A stretch of DNA of 64,000 bases from positions 6,648-70,647 of the forward strand of contig DVMV01000010.1 in the NCBI GenBank assembly GCA_018714785.1. The letters run 5' to 3'. Every line of letters begins with the position of its first letter. Position 1 is the stretch's first letter. Source of the stretch: Candidatus Alloenteromonas pullicola. Its GTDB lineage: Bacteria; Bacillota_I; Bacilli_A; RFN20; CAG-826. Shown here in pieces: positions 61,620-64,000 of the stretch. The notes below the pieces were generated by a model. That model was not told the DNA's origin and did not search any database. It saw only the letters and a list, made by a program, of their open reading frames with translations. The translations under genes and the position numbers were made by a program.

Positions 61620-63706
61620 TCATGAAATTCAAGAGCTACAAGGGATTCAACACCGCCGGGCGCGGCCCAGAGATAAACGACGTCACCCTGCAGTGGACCT
61701 GCGGGAAGGAAGGTTATCAGCACATCGCCCAGCACTATGGGGTCAGGAAGAAAGGGTATGGCAAGCCCAAGCATTCGTGGGCTTCGCTTTTCCGGGTATT
61801 CTCCTACCTCAAAGGCGATAAGTGGATGTTCTTCGCCGCGGTCATCGTGACCACGGTGATGATCGTCATCAACATCGTCGGCGGATTCGTTTCCGGACCG
61901 CTGGTCGACGCGCTTCTGCAGCCGGCCTTCTACTCGATATCCGGATCCTGGGGGCAATACAGCGGCCCCGCCGATTACCTTTCCGTCGGGCTCGAGGGGA
62001 CATTGCCGTTCTATAAAACCATCTTCGAGATGGTCGATTGGACCGCCTCCCCCGCCACCGTCTTCGCCCAGACCGCCCAGACCATGGGCATGTTCCTCGG
62101 GATCCTCGGCGGGTTCTACGTGCTGGGGCTTCTCTGCTCCATCGCCCAGATCTTCCTGATGACCAGGATAGGCACCAATTCGCTGATGCGGCTGCGCAAC
62201 GACATGTTCGCCCGGATGCAGAGGCTTCCTTTGTCCTACTTCGACCAGACGGCCCACGGCGACATCATGTCGCGGTTCACCAACGACGTCGACAACCTCG
62301 CCCAGTTCTTCAACACCGGCATTATGGAGCTCTTCACTTCCGTCATCATGATGGTCGGCTTGCTGGTCTTCATGTTCATGGTCAACTGGCTGTTGGCCTT
62401 GGTCAGCCTGATAATGGAGCTGATCGCCATGGGAATCGTGGCCATAAACGTCCACCGCTCGGTCAACGCCTTCTCCGAGACCCAGGTATCGATGGGCGAG
62501 TTCAACGGCATCGCCGAGGAAGCCCTATCCGGGCTCAAGGTCATAAAGTGCTTCTCCAAGGAAGACGACATCATGGCGCTGTTCAAGTCCATCGACTACC
62601 GCCACACCGTCCACAACAAGCGCAGCGTGTTCCTAAGCTCCGCCAACGTGCCGATCGTAAACAACATGAACAACCTGACCACCGCCTTGGTGGCCATGAT
62701 CGGTGTCGTTCTGATCGCCACCGACTCCAGCCTCATCCACGTCACCGTCGGCACCCTGATATCCTACGTGGCCTTCCTGCGCATGCTGGCCAGGCCGTTC
62801 AACAACATCTCCAACCTGCTGACCATGGTCCAATCCTCGCTAGCCGGCGCCGAGCGCATCTTCCAGATGATAGACCTCCCGCCGGAGCCGAGCCTGCAGA
62901 AGGCCAAGTGGCGCAGCTACAAGGGAGAGGACGGCAAGTTCTACTGGACCGACGGCGAGCACACCAAGCCGCTGCGGGGCCAGGTCGACATGCGCCACGT
63001 CGACTTCTCCTACGTCAAGGGGCAGCCGATACTCCACGACATCACCCTCTACGCCCACCCCGGGCAGAAGATCGCCCTCGTCGGCTCCACCGGGGCCGGC
63101 AAGACCACCATCACCAATCTGCTCACCCGCTTCTACGACATCGATTCGGGGGAGATATTGATAGACGGCATCGACATAAAGGAGATCGACCGGGTCTCCA
63201 TGCGGAGGTCGATGACCCTGGTATTGCAGGACACCCACCTCTTCTCGGGCACCGTAATGGACAACATCCGCTATGGCCACCTGAAAGCCAGCGACGAGCG
63301 CTGCATCGAGGCGGCCAAGATGGCCTGCGCCGACCCGTTCATCAAGAAGCTGTCGAAGGGGTACGACACCTACATCGACGGGGCCAACGCCTCGCTCTCG
63401 CAAGGGCAGAAGCAGTTGCTTTCCATCGCCCGGTGCGCCGTCTCCAACCCGCCGATCCTCATCCTCGATGAGGCGACCTCCTCGGTCGACACCCGCACCG
63501 AGAGGCTGATCTCCAAAGGCATGGACAACATCATGAAGGGCAAGACGGTGTTCGTCATCGCCCACCGCCTATCCACCGTCCGCTACGCCGACTGCATAAT
63601 GGTCATGGACAAAGGCCGCATCATCGAGCGGGGAACCCACGACGAGCTATTGGCCCAGAAGGGTCGCTACTACGAGCTTTGGATGGGGAAGACCGAGCTA
63701 GATTAG
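61616..63706 (+). CDS. ABC exporter, fused permease/ATPase, subunit 2 (likely heterodimer partner)
   Basis: 696 aa. Walker A GSTGAGKTT, signature LSQGQKQL, Walker B ILILDEATS. GTGA start/stop overlap with subunit 1 (alternative ATG at 61622). Confidence 0.85.
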   Translation: MIMKFKSYKGFNTAGRGPEINDVTLQWTCGKEGYQHIAQHYGVRKKGYGKPKHSWASLFRVFSYLKGDKWMFFAAVIVTTVMIVINIVGGFVSGPLVDALLQPAFYSISGSWGQYSGPADYLSVGLEGTLPFYKTIFEMVDWTASPATVFAQTAQTMGMFLGILGGFYVLGLLCSIAQIFLMTRIGTNSLMRLRNDMFARMQRLPLSYFDQTAHGDIMSRFTNDVDNLAQFFNTGIMELFTSVIMMVGLLVFMFMVNWLLALVSLIMELIAMGIVAINVHRSVNAFSETQVSMGEFNGIAEEALSGLKVIKCFSKEDDIMALFKSIDYRHTVHNKRSVFLSSANVPIVNNMNNLTTALVAMIGVVLIATDSSLIHVTVGTLISYVAFLRMLARPFNNISNLLTMVQSSLAGAERIFQMIDLPPEPSLQKAKWRSYKGEDGKFYWTDGEHTKPLRGQVDMRHVDFSYVKGQPILHDITLYAHPGQKIALVGSTGAGKTTITNLLTRFYDIDSGEILIDGIDIKEIDRVSMRRSMTLVLQDTHLFSGTVMDNIRYGHLKASDERCIEAAKMACADPFIKKLSKGYDTYIDGANASLSQGQKQLLSIARCAVSNPPILILDEATSSVDTRTERLISKGMDNIMKGKTVFVIAHRLSTVRYADCIMVMDKGRIIERGTHDELLAQKGRYYELWMGKTELD

Positions 63707-64000
63707 GCTAGGGAAATCCGGCTTATCCGACAACGGGGAGGAGATCATCTCTTCCCCGTTTTCCTTTCCCTCCATCTTCCTGATGGTCGGGTCGGAATAG
63801 GTCTTGCAGTATAGGCAGAAGGAATCGAGGTCGTAGCAGGATGAGTAGATCGTCTTCTCCCTGCTTGCCCCATCGTTGGCGGTTCCCTCCACCACCTTGA
63901 CGTTATCGAGTATATGGAAGAAGCCGACTATCTCCTCCTGCTCGGAGGCGAACGAGGAGTTCTCCCTGGCGAAGCTCGCCCTCACGAAGCGGGAGGGGCC
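63698..64000 (-). CDS. Hypothetical protein, partial (5' end lies beyond the window)
   Basis: The minus frame is open from the window edge to the stop at 63698. C-terminal sequence ...CYDLDSFCLYCKTYSDPTIRKMEGKENGEE. Its 3' end overlaps the convergent ABC gene by 9 nt. Confidence 0.4.
   Translation of the reverse strand, partial: GPSRFVRASFARENSSFASEQEEIVGFFHILDNVKVVEGTANDGASREKTIYSSCYDLDSFCLYCKTYSDPTIRKMEGKENGEEMISSPLSDKPDFPSLI

Noticed and set aside
61577-63565. Long alternative-frame ORFs inside the second ABC exporter gene (62038-63471 plus strand 477 aa; 61577-62455 and 62840-63565 minus strand)
   Set aside because: Their composition is R/P/H/G/D-dominated and they have no motifs. The annotated frame carries Walker A/B and the ABC signature. 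Similar shadow ORFs elsewhere were rejected for the same reason: 9003-9743, 10609-11352, 25708-26442, 29520-30068, 30557-31243, 31900-33066, 45764-46678, 46682-47380, 50598-51257, 52506-53288 and 57523-58254.

Overview
The window is 64 kb of visibly GC-rich bacterial chromosome, and roughly 80% of the genes lie on the minus strand. TGA is used as a stop codon (for example at deoD and several lipoprotein genes), so this is genetic code 11, not code 4. The gene content points to a reduced, Mollicutes-like member of the Bacillota. That placement is an inference and no search was run. It rests on many Cys-lipobox lipoproteins, an Opp transporter with very large insertions, a cdaA-glmM-glmS operon and an LtaS-like enzyme. 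Housekeeping and salvage genes: pyrG, a GH31 alpha-glucosidase, gltX, add plus a purine permease plus deoD, yutG-like/cdaA/glmM/glmS, udk, an M18 aminopeptidase, a P-type ATPase, mntP, and two half-ABC exporters. There are five tRNAs, all with G or C at the wobble position, and sigma70-like promoters and hairpin terminators are readable around them. Two yybP-ykoY (Mn2+) riboswitch-like leaders precede the P-type ATPase and mntP. Two regions look accessory. (1) A five-gene operon at 24.7-28.6 kb, four of its genes translationally coupled, encodes three small helical proteins, a 638-aa helical plus multi-TM protein and a DEDDh exonuclease. I cannot assign it to any named system, and it is my best candidate for something undescribed. 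(2) A ~15 kb surface-lipoprotein island at 40.1-54.8 kb holds an M6-like metalloprotease lipoprotein, Ig-like lipoproteins and a 1331-aa LRR/B-repeat/PPC-like giant protein. It also carries AT-only palindromes in its promoter regions and a MITE-like pair of identical inverted terminator hairpins. I saw no rRNA, CRISPR array, transposase or integrase.
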